A stretch of DNA of 40,913 bases from Candidatus Sphingobacterium stercoripullorum (GCA_019114715.1 DXEZ01000328.1:1-40913); one strand, 5' to 3'. Numbered from the stretch's first letter, positions 10,272-20,435 are shown. Program-made: numbers and translations. The notes: a model not told the origin generated them from the sequence alone.

Positions 10272-10841
10272 TTATTTTATATTTAACATTTCGTTTAATT
10301 CTCGCATTTTCTTTTTGCTCTTTCTAATTGCACTTTCAAGCTGGCTGCGTAAAAGGGGTGTTGTTATTCCTTTTCCGGCTTGAAAGTTTTGTGAAAACTG
10401 GGGTAAACTAAAAGTTGAAATAACGTTAGCACCTTCAATTTTCATTCGTTCTTGGGCAATCTCCATTACTTTTGCACCACCCCGAATACCGTTGCTGGTA
10501 GACAGTAGAAACATGTTTTTCCCCGCATAAATTTTCCCAGGCTTAATTCTTGAAGACCAATCGGCCACGTTCTTATAGGCCGCAGAATAATTACCATTGT
10601 GTTCGGCAAATGATATAATGGTAAGATCTGCCCAGTCGAGTTGCTCTCTAAAACGATAGGCTTTCTCTGGTATACCTTCTTTTATTTCTCTATCAGCAGA
10701 GTATAATGGCATTTCAAAATCATGCAAATCTAAAATAACCACTTCATCATCTATTCCTTTATAGTATTTACAAACATTGCTTACCAGCTGTTTGTTTATT
10801 GAATTGCTACTATTGCTAGCAGCAAAGGCAAAGATCTTCAT
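10272..10841 (-). CDS. NAD(P)H-dependent FMN reductase family flavoprotein
   Basis: MKIFAFAASNSSNSINKQL, EHNGNYSAAYKN, LLSTSNGIRGG. ATG at 10841. Confidence 0.9.
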   Translation of the reverse strand: MKIFAFAASNSSNSINKQLVSNVCKYYKGIDDEVVILDLHDFEMPLYSADREIKEGIPEKAYRFREQLDWADLTIISFAEHNGNYSAAYKNVADWSSRIKPGKIYAGKNMFLLSTSNGIRGGAKVMEIAQERMKIEGANVISTFSLPQFSQNFQAGKGITTPLLRSQLESAIRKSKKKMRELNEMLNIK

Positions 10842-10915
10842 AAAATTCAATATTGTTTCTCTCTTAAATGTACGATTTTTTTATCTTTATCAAACATTTA
10901 TGCTAGAATAAAATT

Positions 10916-12031
10916 ATGTATTTTAAGAATTTTACACTCATTATCCTTTGTTTGCTGCTTGGTGGGAATATATCTTACTCTCAGAATGGGTATGTAAAAA
11001 AGTGGAGTAGTCCTCTAGACAGCAATGCGGTACGAGGGAGACTTAGTGAGTTCTCTGAGAGTAATTTCCATAGGCTACCAGAAGCCATGAAGGACTCGCT
11101 GAGAGAACCTGTGTGGAATTTAAGCAAACACAGCGCTGGTTTATACATCGATTTTAAGAGTGCCGCTGAATCCATCTCAGTTAGATATGGCGTTTCGGGT
11201 TCATTAAACATGCCCCATATGCCAACAACTGGTGTTAGTGGACTCGATCTCTATGCTTTTGATACAGACAGAAAAGAGTGGAACTGGGCACATGGAAGCT
11301 ATCATTTTTCCGATACGATTACCTATAACTTTTCCGACTTAAGCGCAAAAGGGGAGAATTTAAATTACCGGTTATACTTACCGCTTTATAATGAAGTAAC
11401 CTGGCTGGAAATTGCAACTAGCGATGGGGTAGAGGTTCACTATATCACTCCTAAGCCGACGAATAAGGCCATTTTAGTTTATGGAACTTCCATTGCTCAA
11501 GGGGCATGTGCAAGCCGTCCGGGATTAGCATGGACAAATATTTTAGGACGATTAACCAATAGCCCGGTTATTAATTTAGGGTTTTCAGGGAATGGTAGGC
11601 TAGAACCTGTTTTAATTGAAAGAATACTAAATCAGGACGCCCTGGCCATTGTCTTAGACTGCTTGCCCAACTTAGGGGTAAGTAAAAATCTTCCCGCCGA
11701 TAAGCTGAAAGAATTAATAATAAACGCAGTGAAACAAATTCGTGCAGCGAACTCTCAAGTACCTATTATTTTTACCGAGCACAGTGCTGGATTTAACCCT
11801 CAGGTACTCAATAGAAATAGCCATAAAGTAGCGGAAGAGACTACTTTAATTGCTAGAGAAGCCATTAAAGAATTAATGAATGCTGGTGTAGAGCATATTT
11901 ATACCCTTAAAAATAGTGCAATTGATTTGTCAATAAATTCGACTGTTGATTATGTTCATCCCAATGATTTAGGGATGGAGAAAATAGCAGAGGCTTACCA
12001 CGAGCTTATTAAAAGCAGGCATATATTATAA
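10916..12031 (+). CDS. Secreted SGNH/GDSL hydrolase with N-terminal GxDLY domain
   Basis: Signal peptide, GLDLY, block I YGTSIAQG, NLGFSGNG, DCLPN, block V DYVHPND. Confidence 0.9.
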   Translation: MYFKNFTLIILCLLLGGNISYSQNGYVKKWSSPLDSNAVRGRLSEFSESNFHRLPEAMKDSLREPVWNLSKHSAGLYIDFKSAAESISVRYGVSGSLNMPHMPTTGVSGLDLYAFDTDRKEWNWAHGSYHFSDTITYNFSDLSAKGENLNYRLYLPLYNEVTWLEIATSDGVEVHYITPKPTNKAILVYGTSIAQGACASRPGLAWTNILGRLTNSPVINLGFSGNGRLEPVLIERILNQDALAIVLDCLPNLGVSKNLPADKLKELIINAVKQIRAANSQVPIIFTEHSAGFNPQVLNRNSHKVAEETTLIAREAIKELMNAGVEHIYTLKNSAIDLSINSTVDYVHPNDLGMEKIAEAYHELIKSRHIL

Positions 12032-12034
12032 ACT

Positions 12035-12472
12035 TCACTTTGTTTCTTGGTAGTCTTCTGATTTAGGGATTTTATCGAAGTAGGATGTCCATTCTTCCGG
12101 TAGGGTGGTCAACTTTCGTTTCTTTAAATCCATCCATGCCCCATCTACAGTTACCACTGCAGCTAACACCTCATTCTCCTTCCATATCGAGTGTCTGAAA
12201 GAGAAGCGTGAGTTTGAATGGTTATATCTGGTAATCTCTATTTGGACGTTTATAAGTTCATTCAATCTAACCTCTCTCAAATAGACTAGTTCCTCACGAA
12301 ATAAAATGGGACCAACCTTTAAGTTTTCTAATTCTTGCATAGACAAGCCTACATCAGTAAGCATGTTTATTCGTGCTTGAGCACATAAATCTGCATATGA
12401 AGAGTGTCTAAGGTGGTTATTTGCATCCATTTGAGACCATAGAACCTGGCCACTGTAGTATATGTGTTTCAT
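12035..12472 (-). CDS. Acyl-CoA thioesterase (4HBT / hotdog fold)
   Basis: WSQMDANNHLRHSSY, GPILFREELVYLRE, GAWMDLKKRKL. Confidence 0.88.
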   Translation of the reverse strand: MKHIYYSGQVLWSQMDANNHLRHSSYADLCAQARINMLTDVGLSMQELENLKVGPILFREELVYLREVRLNELINVQIEITRYNHSNSRFSFRHSIWKENEVLAAVVTVDGAWMDLKKRKLTTLPEEWTSYFDKIPKSEDYQETK

Positions 12473-12494
12473 GAATTTTTTAGCTTGGATTTAA

Positions 12495-12531
12495 ACAAAA
12501 GTAGTATCCCTGAATACTCTCAAGGATACTA
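12495..12531 (-). terminator. Intrinsic terminator after fabG
   Basis: Stem TAGTATCC (12502-12509) / GGATACTA (12524-12531), followed by CTTTTGT on the minus strand. Confidence 0.6.
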
Positions 12532-12542
12532 GAAAATCTTTG

Positions 12543-13286
12543 TTATAACATACCTCCACAAACCGAAATTACCTGTCCTGAGATATAACTGGATAAATCA
12601 GATGCTAAGAATAAGCAAGTGTTAGCAACGTCTTCCGTTTCACCTGCGCGTTTTAATGGGATAGATGCTTCCCAACCTTCAACCACTTTAGGATCCAGAA
12701 TTTCAGTCATTTCTGTTTTAATAAAACCCGGTGCAACAACATTCGCACGGATGTTTCTAGAGCCTAGCTCTTTTGCAATTGATTTTGTGAAACCAATGAT
12801 ACCCGATTTACTTGCTGCGTAATTGGATTGCCCTGCATTACCTTGCACACCAACAACAGAACTCATATTAATGAATACACCTTTTCTATTGCGCATCATT
12901 GTACGGCTCGCTGCTTTGGTGATGTTGAATATAGACTTCAAGTTAACGTTTATTACATCATCCCACTGTTCCTCAGACATACGCATCAACAGGCCATCTT
13001 TTGTAATCCCAGCATTGTTAACCACAATATCTAAGGTTCCAAAATCTTTTACTATTTCATCGATTAATTCATGCGCTTGATTGAAATCAGACGCATCAGA
13101 ACGGTATCCTTTGGCTTTTACATTGAATGCTTGCAACTCGGATTCTAATTGCTGACCCCTCTCTACTGAAGAAAGGTAAGTGAAAGCTACCTGTGCTCCA
13201 TGGCTTGCAAAAACTTCAGCTATTTTCCTTCCAATTCCTTTGGATGCGCCTGTAATTAAGGCTGTTTTTCCTTCTAATAATTTCAT
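12543..13286 (-). CDS. fabG: 3-oxoacyl-ACP reductase
   Basis: TGASKGIG, NNAGITKDGLLMRM, YAASK, VAPGFIKTEMT. Confidence 0.95.
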   Translation of the reverse strand: MKLLEGKTALITGASKGIGRKIAEVFASHGAQVAFTYLSSVERGQQLESELQAFNVKAKGYRSDASDFNQAHELIDEIVKDFGTLDIVVNNAGITKDGLLMRMSEEQWDDVINVNLKSIFNITKAASRTMMRNRKGVFINMSSVVGVQGNAGQSNYAASKSGIIGFTKSIAKELGSRNIRANVVAPGFIKTEMTEILDPKVVEGWEASIPLKRAGETEDVANTCLFLASDLSSYISGQVISVCGGML

Positions 13287-13362
13287 AAACTAAATTTTTC
13301 CTGAATCTTCAGTGACAAAATCACTAAAATAGTTATTTAAAACTGTAATACTAAACAAATGA

Positions 13363-14325
13363 TTAAACTCGCTGATTTGAACTTGACAGCTCATCCATTT
13401 TGTAACTGTACGTTGAATTGGACTTAGAATGATTACTTTTTTCAAAAGTGAAGTCCATCCGTCCAAGGTAAACGCCTCCAAAACCAGTCTGATTGATATA
13501 AATAGGTTTACCCTCCATATTCTTTTCGATTACTGGCTCCTCTAAAAATGTGTGTGTATGTCCACCAATTATCAAGTCAATATTTTTTGAATTCCTAGCT
13601 AATACAAAATCGGAAATTCTATCGTCCTTGTACTTAAAGCCCAAATGTGAAAGGCAAATGATAAAATCACACTTTTCTTTCTTTTTTAGGCTATACGATA
13701 TGTTATTAGCTGTTTCTATGGGATCCAAATATTTCATTCCCTGGATGTTCTTGGGGTCTACTAACCCTTTAATGTCAATGCCTAAGCCAAAGACGCCCAC
13801 TTTTACTTTACCTTTTTTAAATATTTTATAAGGTATAGTTTTACCCTCGAGGATGGTATTTGAGAAGTCATAATTGCTTACAATAATAGGGAAGTTAGCC
13901 AGTGGAGCAATTTTCGAAAGACCATCTAGTCCATTATCAAATTCATGATTCCCTAAAGTCACCGCGTCGTATTTTAACTTATTCATGAGCTTCAACTCCA
14001 GCTCACCTCCAAATAAATTAAAGTAGGGGGTTCCTTGCAGGAAATCTCCAGCATCAAATAAGAGAACATGATCTTGCTCTTCTCTTATCTGATTGATTAA
14101 AGTACTGCGCCTGGCGACACCACCTAGCCCTTGAAAAGGGCCTCCATCCATCGGGAAGGGATCAATTCTGCTGTGTACATCGTTCGTATGTAAAACGGTA
14201 AGTTTAAGGGTGTTTTTTGAGCCAGTTTTACTAAAAGAGCGACTATTTGGTAGAAGCAATCCTGCTCCCATCACACTTGCAGTTTGTATAAACCGTCTTC
14301 TATTTAAAGATTTGGATTCTTTCAT
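13363..14325 (-). CDS. 5'-nucleotidase N-terminal metallophosphoesterase subunit, Tat-exported
   Basis: Twin-arginine signal SLNRRRFIQ; motifs HTNDVHS, DAGDF, GNHEFD, LSHLG, GGHTH. Confidence 0.92.
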   Translation of the reverse strand: MKESKSLNRRRFIQTASVMGAGLLLPNSRSFSKTGSKNTLKLTVLHTNDVHSRIDPFPMDGGPFQGLGGVARRSTLINQIREEQDHVLLFDAGDFLQGTPYFNLFGGELELKLMNKLKYDAVTLGNHEFDNGLDGLSKIAPLANFPIIVSNYDFSNTILEGKTIPYKIFKKGKVKVGVFGLGIDIKGLVDPKNIQGMKYLDPIETANNISYSLKKKEKCDFIICLSHLGFKYKDDRISDFVLARNSKNIDLIIGGHTHTFLEEPVIEKNMEGKPIYINQTGFGGVYLGRMDFTFEKSNHSKSNSTYSYKMDELSSSNQRV

Positions 14326-15055
14326 GATTACCGACTTTAATAGTTTGGTTTCTTTCTGTTTGCTCTTTTAAATATGAAATCAACATATCTCGTAATTTAA
14401 CAGGATAATCTACTCGCGACAAGGGTTCATTCATAGTAGGCACCTGATCTCCTCCATTGGCTATATAGTCATAAGTTGCCATTTTATACGTCTTACCAGC
14501 GTCTATTTTATTTCCACCAATAATAATTTTTTCAACCTTAGTAGGAGTTCCCTGGATTTCCAGTCCGGCTACAGGCTGTCCATTTGCTTGAAGAATATAT
14601 AAGGCCAATTCCTCCACTTGCTGGGCAGATAAGGTTAGTATTGTAATTGTATTTTCAAAAGGCATCAACTCATAAATATGTCCAAGAGTGATAGGTCCTT
14701 TAGGAAGACCTATACGAACACCTCCCTTTGTGCCGAATGAAAAAACTACGTCCGAGTCCAATTTACGACTTTGATCCAATAAAGCATCACCAAAAAGCAT
14801 TCCTACTAAATTATCCTTCCAATCAAAAGATTTTGTTATGTCTTGTTCAGAAATAGCAATGACATCGTTCATTAAACTGTCGTATGTTAATTTGTAAGAA
14901 CGCGTAAATGCTTCGATTGTAGGATCCGATGACACGGTTGAATCAACTAGGAAGTTGGTATGATAGGGAGTGCTTACTAAAAGACTAGGCGATTTACATG
15001 CCGTAATTAGTCCAACTAAAAGAAGGAAGAATCCTGTTTTAAAATACTGTGCCAT
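14300..15055 (-). CDS. 5'-nucleotidase C-terminal (substrate-binding) domain lipoprotein
   Basis: Lipobox LITAC; GGVRIGLPKGPIT..IYELMPFEN and TYDYIANGGD. Confidence 0.9.
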   Translation of the reverse strand: MAQYFKTGFFLLLVGLITACKSPSLLVSTPYHTNFLVDSTVSSDPTIEAFTRSYKLTYDSLMNDVIAISEQDITKSFDWKDNLVGMLFGDALLDQSRKLDSDVVFSFGTKGGVRIGLPKGPITLGHIYELMPFENTITILTLSAQQVEELALYILQANGQPVAGLEIQGTPTKVEKIIIGGNKIDAGKTYKMATYDYIANGGDQVPTMNEPLSRVDYPVKLRDMLISYLKEQTERNQTIKVGNHERIQIFK

Positions 15056-15182
15056 TCTTACTTAATATTTATTTTTTCAAAATAGCCGTAAGTTTAAACT
15101 AAATAATGGTTTAGATCATTATTATATTGTTAAATCCGATGGGTGCGAATAGCATTAGCTATTGTAGAGGCCTTTACAATAA

Positions 15183-15226
15183 AAATTAATAAAAGCAACG
15201 GGGATATCCCATTGCTTTTATTAATT
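15183..15226 (-). terminator. Intrinsic terminator after accA (symmetric, potentially bidirectional)
   Basis: AATTAATAAAAGCAA-CGGGGATATCCCA-TTGCTTTTATTAATT, with 15-bp perfect outer arms, immediately after the accA stop. Confidence 0.8.
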
Positions 15227-15229
15227 CAT

Positions 15230-16183
15230 CTATTCATTTATCACTCCCATGTGACTGAACTTGTCAATTCTCTTATTTACAAGCTCTTTGGGGGATAGTT
15301 TCTTGAGTATAGCTAAATCTTCAATGATTTTATTTTTTACTACCTCACCGGTCCGTTCAGGATCTTGATGAGCGCCACCGATCGGTTCTTCAATAATGCC
15401 GTCAATTAGTTTATTCTTTAGCATATCTTCCGCTGTAAGCTTTAAAGCGTCAGCAGCCTTTTCTTTGTGATCCCAACTTCTCCATAAGATAGAGGAACAA
15501 GATTCCGGGGATATAACAGAATACCAAGTGTTTTGCAACATATATACACGGTCTCCTACGCCTATTCCTAATGCACCTCCGGATGCTCCCTCACCTATAA
15601 CAATACAAAGTATTGGTACCTTTAGCACAGACATTTCTCTAAGGTTCAGTGCTATGGCTTCACCTTGCCCGCGCTCTTCAGCTTCGAGCCCTGGGTAAGC
15701 ACCCATGGTATCTATTAAAGTAACAACTGGTTTGCCGAACTTTTCCGCAAGCTTCATCAGCCTTAATGCTTTTCTATAGCCTTCAGGATTCGCCATTCCA
15801 AAGTTTCTATATTGTCTTTCTTTGGTGTTTTTACCCTTTTGATGGCCTATAACCATTACAGTTTGACCAGCAATTTTTGCAAAGCCACCAATTATAGCTT
15901 TATCATCACGAATATTTCTATCTCCGTGTAGTTCTATGAAATCTTCCGTTATCAGATTGATGTAATCCAGAGTTTGGGGTCTTTCTGGATGCCTAGACAT
16001 TTGTACTTTTTGCCACCCTGTTAGATTGCTGTAGATTTCCTGTTTGGTTATCTCAAGCTTTTCTTCCAACTCTTTTACCGTGGCGCTCATGTCTACTTTT
16101 GTTTTTTCCGATACTTGATGTACCTTCTCGATTTGTGCTTGTAAATCAGCTATCGGTTTCTCAAAATCAAATGTTGTGACCAT
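15230..16183 (-). CDS. accA: Acetyl-CoA carboxylase carboxyltransferase subunit alpha
   Basis: [52 protein letters not shown]. Confidence 0.97.
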   Translation of the reverse strand: MVTTFDFEKPIADLQAQIEKVHQVSEKTKVDMSATVKELEEKLEITKQEIYSNLTGWQKVQMSRHPERPQTLDYINLITEDFIELHGDRNIRDDKAIIGGFAKIAGQTVMVIGHQKGKNTKERQYRNFGMANPEGYRKALRLMKLAEKFGKPVVTLIDTMGAYPGLEAEERGQGEAIALNLREMSVLKVPILCIVIGEGASGGALGIGVGDRVYMLQNTWYSVISPESCSSILWRSWDHKEKAADALKLTAEDMLKNKLIDGIIEEPIGGAHQDPERTGEVVKNKIIEDLAILKKLSPKELVNKRIDKFSHMGVINE

Positions 16184-16330
16184 AATAGTGCTTAAATACG
16201 ATTCAAGGAGCTAAGTTAAACTATTTTTACCTCAATCAGTAAAAAAATCTAAAAGCCTTATCTTATTCGTTGAATTTTCTATTTGTTTTTAACTATGTAA
16301 ACCTAATTAACTGCTTAGATTTGTTGTATA

Positions 16331-17170
16331 TTATTTAATAATTCGTTGGATTCTATTGGACCTATTTATTAACCTTTTAAGTTCTGTATAATCTTCTTTT
16401 TCTAATGTGTCATGAAGGTTTTTAAGTTGATTAATATGTTCCTCTAATACTTCTAGTACATTTTCACGATTTTGTTTAAAAATAGGTGTCCACATATCAG
16501 AAGAGCTTTTGGCTAACCTAACAGTAGATTCAAATCCTGATCCCGCTAGTTCAAAAATTCTCCCGTGTGACTTTTCTTTTTCTAGTACAGTAAGAGCTAA
16601 TGCAAAAGATGTTAAATGGGAAATATGCGACACGTAAGCCGTATGCATATCGTGCTCCAGAGCATTCATGAAAACCGTTTTCATATGTAACCTCTCGATT
16701 ATTTGATCACATAATTCAAAAGCATCCTCGTCTGTTTTAAAGGCCTCCACATAAACCATTACTTTATCAGCAAACAGACCTCTAATAGCTGCTTGTGGAC
16801 CTGAGTACTCGGTTCCTGCCATGGGGTGTGCAGCTAAATACCGTCCTCTTTTGGGGTGGTCCGCAATTTTATTAAGGATTCTAACTTTCGTAGACCCCAT
16901 GTCAACAACGATTTGATCTTCGATTTTGTTGAGTACATCCAGTATCATCTTTTCTATAGAATCTACTGGAGCGGCCAATACAATAGCTTTAGAAGCAGAA
17001 ATAGCTTTATCCAGAGACATAAACTCATCCACTAAACCCAGCTCCAAGGCCTTCTCCTGGTTTTCTTTGCTTTTGTCAACACCTATAATTCTTTCAAAAA
17101 TCCCAAGCTCTTTTAAACTCAGCGCGAGGCTTCCACCAATTAGCCCTACACCTACAATTGCTATATTCAT
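16331..17170 (-). CDS. tyrA: Prephenate (cyclohexadienyl) dehydrogenase
   Basis: GVGLIGGS Rossmann motif, DMGSTK, HPMAGTE, EHD...VSHISH, GSGFESTVRLA. Confidence 0.93.
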   Translation of the reverse strand: MNIAIVGVGLIGGSLALSLKELGIFERIIGVDKSKENQEKALELGLVDEFMSLDKAISASKAIVLAAPVDSIEKMILDVLNKIEDQIVVDMGSTKVRILNKIADHPKRGRYLAAHPMAGTEYSGPQAAIRGLFADKVMVYVEAFKTDEDAFELCDQIIERLHMKTVFMNALEHDMHTAYVSHISHLTSFALALTVLEKEKSHGRIFELAGSGFESTVRLAKSSSDMWTPIFKQNRENVLEVLEEHINQLKNLHDTLEKEDYTELKRLINRSNRIQRIIK

Positions 17171-17180
17171 TATTGTAAAA

Positions 17181-18344
17181 TTATAAAATATCCTTAATTC
17201 GGTTAAATGATTCTTCTAAGACTGTTTCATTAGCGCATAAACTAATACGAATATAAGCATCACCATTATCTCCAAAAATTCCTCCTGGCGTAATGAAAAC
17301 ATTTGCATTTTCTAGAATGTAATTACTTAGTTCGTATCCCGAGTTATATTGGTCAAGATTTGTTCTCGCCCAAACGAACAGCCCTACTTGATCTACTGCG
17401 TAGGAACAACCTAATAGGTCCAAAATTTTATGTACCCATGCTTTTCTATTGGCATAAACTTGATTCAATTTTTTATACCAATTTTCATCAAGCTGAAGGG
17501 CTTTTACGGCAGCTAATTGCAAGGGCTTGAACATACCCGAGTCCATATTACTCTTAAATCTTAGAATCTCTTCAATTCTTTTTTCATTTCCTATTAGCAT
17601 TCCAATTCTCCAGCCAGCCATGTTGGAGGACTTGCTTAAAGAGTTCAACTCAATAGCTACTTCTTTAGCTCCAGGACATTGCAAAATACTGATTGGCTTT
17701 TCGCTTAAAATAAAACTATATGGATTATCGTGACAAATTAAGATGTTGTGTTTTTTTCCAAATGCAATGAGTTGATTTAAAAATTCTTCGCAGGCCTTTT
17801 TACCGGTTGGCATATGGGGATAGTTCACCCACATTAACTTCACCTTGCTTAAGTCTTGACCTTCGAGCTCTTCAAAGTCAATCAACCAATCGTTTTCTTC
17901 TTTTAAATTATAGAAAATAGGAGTGGCCCCACTTAATCTTACAGCTGAACTATAAGTAGGATAGCCTGGGTTTGGGACTAATGCCTCGTCGCCTTCCTGC
18001 AAATAAGTCATACAAATATGCATAACCCCTTCTTTGGATCCAATCAATGGTAATACCTCACTGTTAGGGTCTAGATTTACCTGATATTTATCCAAATACC
18101 AACTCGCAATAGCATCCCGTAATTCTGGAATACCTTTATAGCTTTGATAACTATGGGTATTAGCCATTTTGGAATAAGTTATTAATGTATCAATAACTTC
18201 TTGTGCAGGAGGCAAATCAGGGCTTCCTATCCCTAGATTAATTACATTTTTCCCTGCCCGATTCATCTCATCAATTTCTCGGAGTTTCTTTGAAAAATAA
18301 TACTCCTGAGTGTGTTGTAATCGTTTTGCTACTTGGATATGCAT
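17181..18344 (-). CDS. PLP-dependent class I/II aminotransferase (DapL-like; probably aromatic amino acid pathway)
   Basis: INLGIGSPD, GSKEG, PNPGYPTY, NYPHMPTG, DNPY, PLP lysine motif SLSKSSNMAGWRIG. Co-oriented 10 bp upstream of tyrA. Confidence 0.88.
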   Translation of the reverse strand: MHIQVAKRLQHTQEYYFSKKLREIDEMNRAGKNVINLGIGSPDLPPAQEVIDTLITYSKMANTHSYQSYKGIPELRDAIASWYLDKYQVNLDPNSEVLPLIGSKEGVMHICMTYLQEGDEALVPNPGYPTYSSAVRLSGATPIFYNLKEENDWLIDFEELEGQDLSKVKLMWVNYPHMPTGKKACEEFLNQLIAFGKKHNILICHDNPYSFILSEKPISILQCPGAKEVAIELNSLSKSSNMAGWRIGMLIGNEKRIEEILRFKSNMDSGMFKPLQLAAVKALQLDENWYKKLNQVYANRKAWVHKILDLLGCSYAVDQVGLFVWARTNLDQYNSGYELSNYILENANVFITPGGIFGDNGDAYIRISLCANETVLEESFNRIKDIL

Positions 18345-18774
18345 TTTATTGTTATTAAAGGGCCTAAGTTAAGAATTTTGAAGGAATAAGAACTGGGTTT
18401 TGAAAATTTCTAGGTAATAAAAACTTTTATTTGTGAATTTCGAAACAGAGTAACCTTGGTTTATGAGCTATTATTTATAGATGTCAATTCGTCTTTTGAT
18501 TAATTATCAGTGTATTAAGGTTTATAATTACTGAAATAGTTGGAGTTTTAGAGGGCTATAACTGCCTTTTGTGGATTGTTAGTTACAATATAAAGTATAT
18601 TGACTATTTAAGTCAAAAAAATAAGCTTGGATTCTTTAAGTTCGCCTAATTGGGTAGTAAACCATGTGGTTAGGATTAAGTATAATTATTAATAGGGAAT
18701 TTCTTTGAAATAGAAATTAACATTCCATAACAAACAGCTATATTTCGTTGTAAATGGGACTGTTTGCTTCTGCC

Positions 18775-18805
18775 ACATGTCGTTGATGAACAAATACATG
18801 TCGTT
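18775..18805 (+). promoter_or_regulatory. Candidate LytTR-binding direct repeat
   Basis: ACATGTCGTT occurs at 18775-18784 and 18796-18805 (21-bp period) upstream of the LytTR regulator gene. Confidence 0.6.
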
Positions 18806-18916
18806 TGTTGACGAATGTTTTATGTGCAAGGTAAAGGTGCGTACCTTAAGGTATAGTTTTTTTGTCTTGCTAATCACATATAAAAACCCAGGTAAACGCA
18901 TATTGAGCGATCTGTT

Positions 18917-19606
18917 ATGAAGTCATTTAAAATACAAATAGTAGAAGACGAGTTAATCATGGCTACCTACTTACAGTTTGTACTGTCGGATTTAGGCTAT
19001 GAAGTAACGGGAGTCTCTTCCAATTTCGAGGATGCCATGAAGCAAGTTGAGGTTAGAAAACCCCATTTAGTGCTTCTTGATATCAAATTGAAAGGAAAGA
19101 AAACTGGGCTCGATATTGCCCATGAATTGAAAGAAAATAAAATTCCTTTTGTATTTATTACCTCATTATACGAGGAGGAAGTCATTAAGGATGCAAGATC
19201 CACCATGCCATTAGGTTACATCATTAAGCCGTTTACTAAGAATGACATTTATTCAACCGTAGAGATGGCCATAGGTCACATCGAGGGACAATCAAAAGGC
19301 AAGACCCTGTTTCTGCCTTTAGGAAGATCTAAAGTACGAGTGGAGGTGGAAGATGTTTTATATGTTGAAGCTCAAGGTAGCTATTCTACAATATTTGACA
19401 ATAAGAACAAGGTGATTTTAAGAAAAACCCTAAAACAAGTAGCCTCGGATTTACTTCACTTCCCTGAATTCATTAGGATTCATAAATCCTACTTGGTTAA
19501 CTTCAATCATATAGCGGGTAAAACCTCGGGATTTGTAATATTATCAAACGGACAAGAGATTCCAATTGGGCGTGCGTACGCTGCTGAGTTGAAATCAGCC
19601 TATTAA
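18917..19606 (+). CDS. LytR/AlgR-family response regulator (REC + LytTR)
   Basis: IVEDE, LLDIKL, FITS, GYIIKPF; LytTR motifs YVEAQGSY, FIRIHKSYLVN, IPIGRAY. Confidence 0.94.
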   Translation: MKSFKIQIVEDELIMATYLQFVLSDLGYEVTGVSSNFEDAMKQVEVRKPHLVLLDIKLKGKKTGLDIAHELKENKIPFVFITSLYEEEVIKDARSTMPLGYIIKPFTKNDIYSTVEMAIGHIEGQSKGKTLFLPLGRSKVRVEVEDVLYVEAQGSYSTIFDNKNKVILRKTLKQVASDLLHFPEFIRIHKSYLVNFNHIAGKTSGFVILSNGQEIPIGRAYAAELKSAY

Positions 19607-20303
19607 TATTTAGCAAACTCTTATAGTCCTAAAGTTAAAGCCTTCCAGCTTTATAGAGAAGTTGTGCTATATGCTTGAATTATAAACGCATTAACGTCTT
19701 TACATATTTAAGCTTATCGTCTATTTCTTAAACCATGTGATTTAATTATTTTAGACATTACTATAACCTGGAGTGTATCCATCCATTTAATTAATAATGC
19801 GAATTATTGAATTTATAAGTTTATAGTGGATACCATTGACTTGGATTAATCATGGTGAAACTTATATCAATCAGTTTGTAAAGTCTATGTTTAGGCTCTT
19901 AGTTGTTGTAAATCTAAACTATACCTAGGCGCGAGTCTCTTGTTGAAATGCTTGCCGAATGAGTGCCAACTAAAGAAAACATAAAAAGGATAAATTCAAA
20001 TGCTGGGACGGAACTTAAAAAACACAGACGTTAAACATAGCGTGAGTTCAGAAAACGTTGCTATTAAGATGGAATAGATGTAATGAATCGCGCTCTATGA
20101 AGTTAAGATATCTGCCTACAATAGATTGTAAAAACCCTAAAGACCTTATTGATTTAAAATGTTTACTAAAACGAATGTTTTAGCGAAGAGGTTCATGCAG
20201 GTTTCAGCTAATTTCTAGCGGATGCCTTGCCTAGTGCTATCATATCCTGCTGGAGGGCATGTTTGGGACCAAGAACCTAGATAATCATCCATGTAGTACA
20301 TAT

Positions 20304-20337
20304 AAAAAACGACCTCTATGATTAGTAGAAGCCGTTT
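20304..20337 (-). terminator. Intrinsic terminator of the tRNA-Arg gene
   Basis: Minus strand AAACGGCTTCTA-CTAATCA-TAGAGGTCGTTT followed by TTT, about 25 nt after the tRNA 3' end. Confidence 0.7.
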
Positions 20338-20361
20338 CCCACCGTTTGTATTCGGTTTTTG

Positions 20362-20435
20362 TACGCCAATCAGGATTCGAACCTGAGACCCTCTGCTTAG
20401 AAGGCAGATGCTCTATCCAGCTGAGCTATTGGCGC
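20362..20435 (-). tRNA. tRNA-Arg (anticodon TCT)
   Basis: GCGCCAA-TAGCTCAGCTGGATAGAGC-A-TCTGC-CTTCTAA-GCAGA-GGGTC-TCAGG-TTCGAAT-CCTGA-TTGGCGT-A forms a full cloverleaf; CCA is not encoded. Confidence 0.97.

Noticed and set aside
18689-18901. 70-aa minus-strand ORF upstream of the LytTR gene
   Set aside because: It overlaps the regulatory repeats, has atypical composition and shows no family features.
18345-18916. Search for an att site duplicating the tRNA-Arg 3' end, and for an aromatic amino acid attenuator before the aminotransferase-tyrA pair
   Set aside because: No copy of the tRNA 3' sequence was found by eye. The likely -7 variant (TAACTTAG, 18364-18371, minus strand) leaves too short a leader, and no Phe/Tyr-rich leader peptide is visible.
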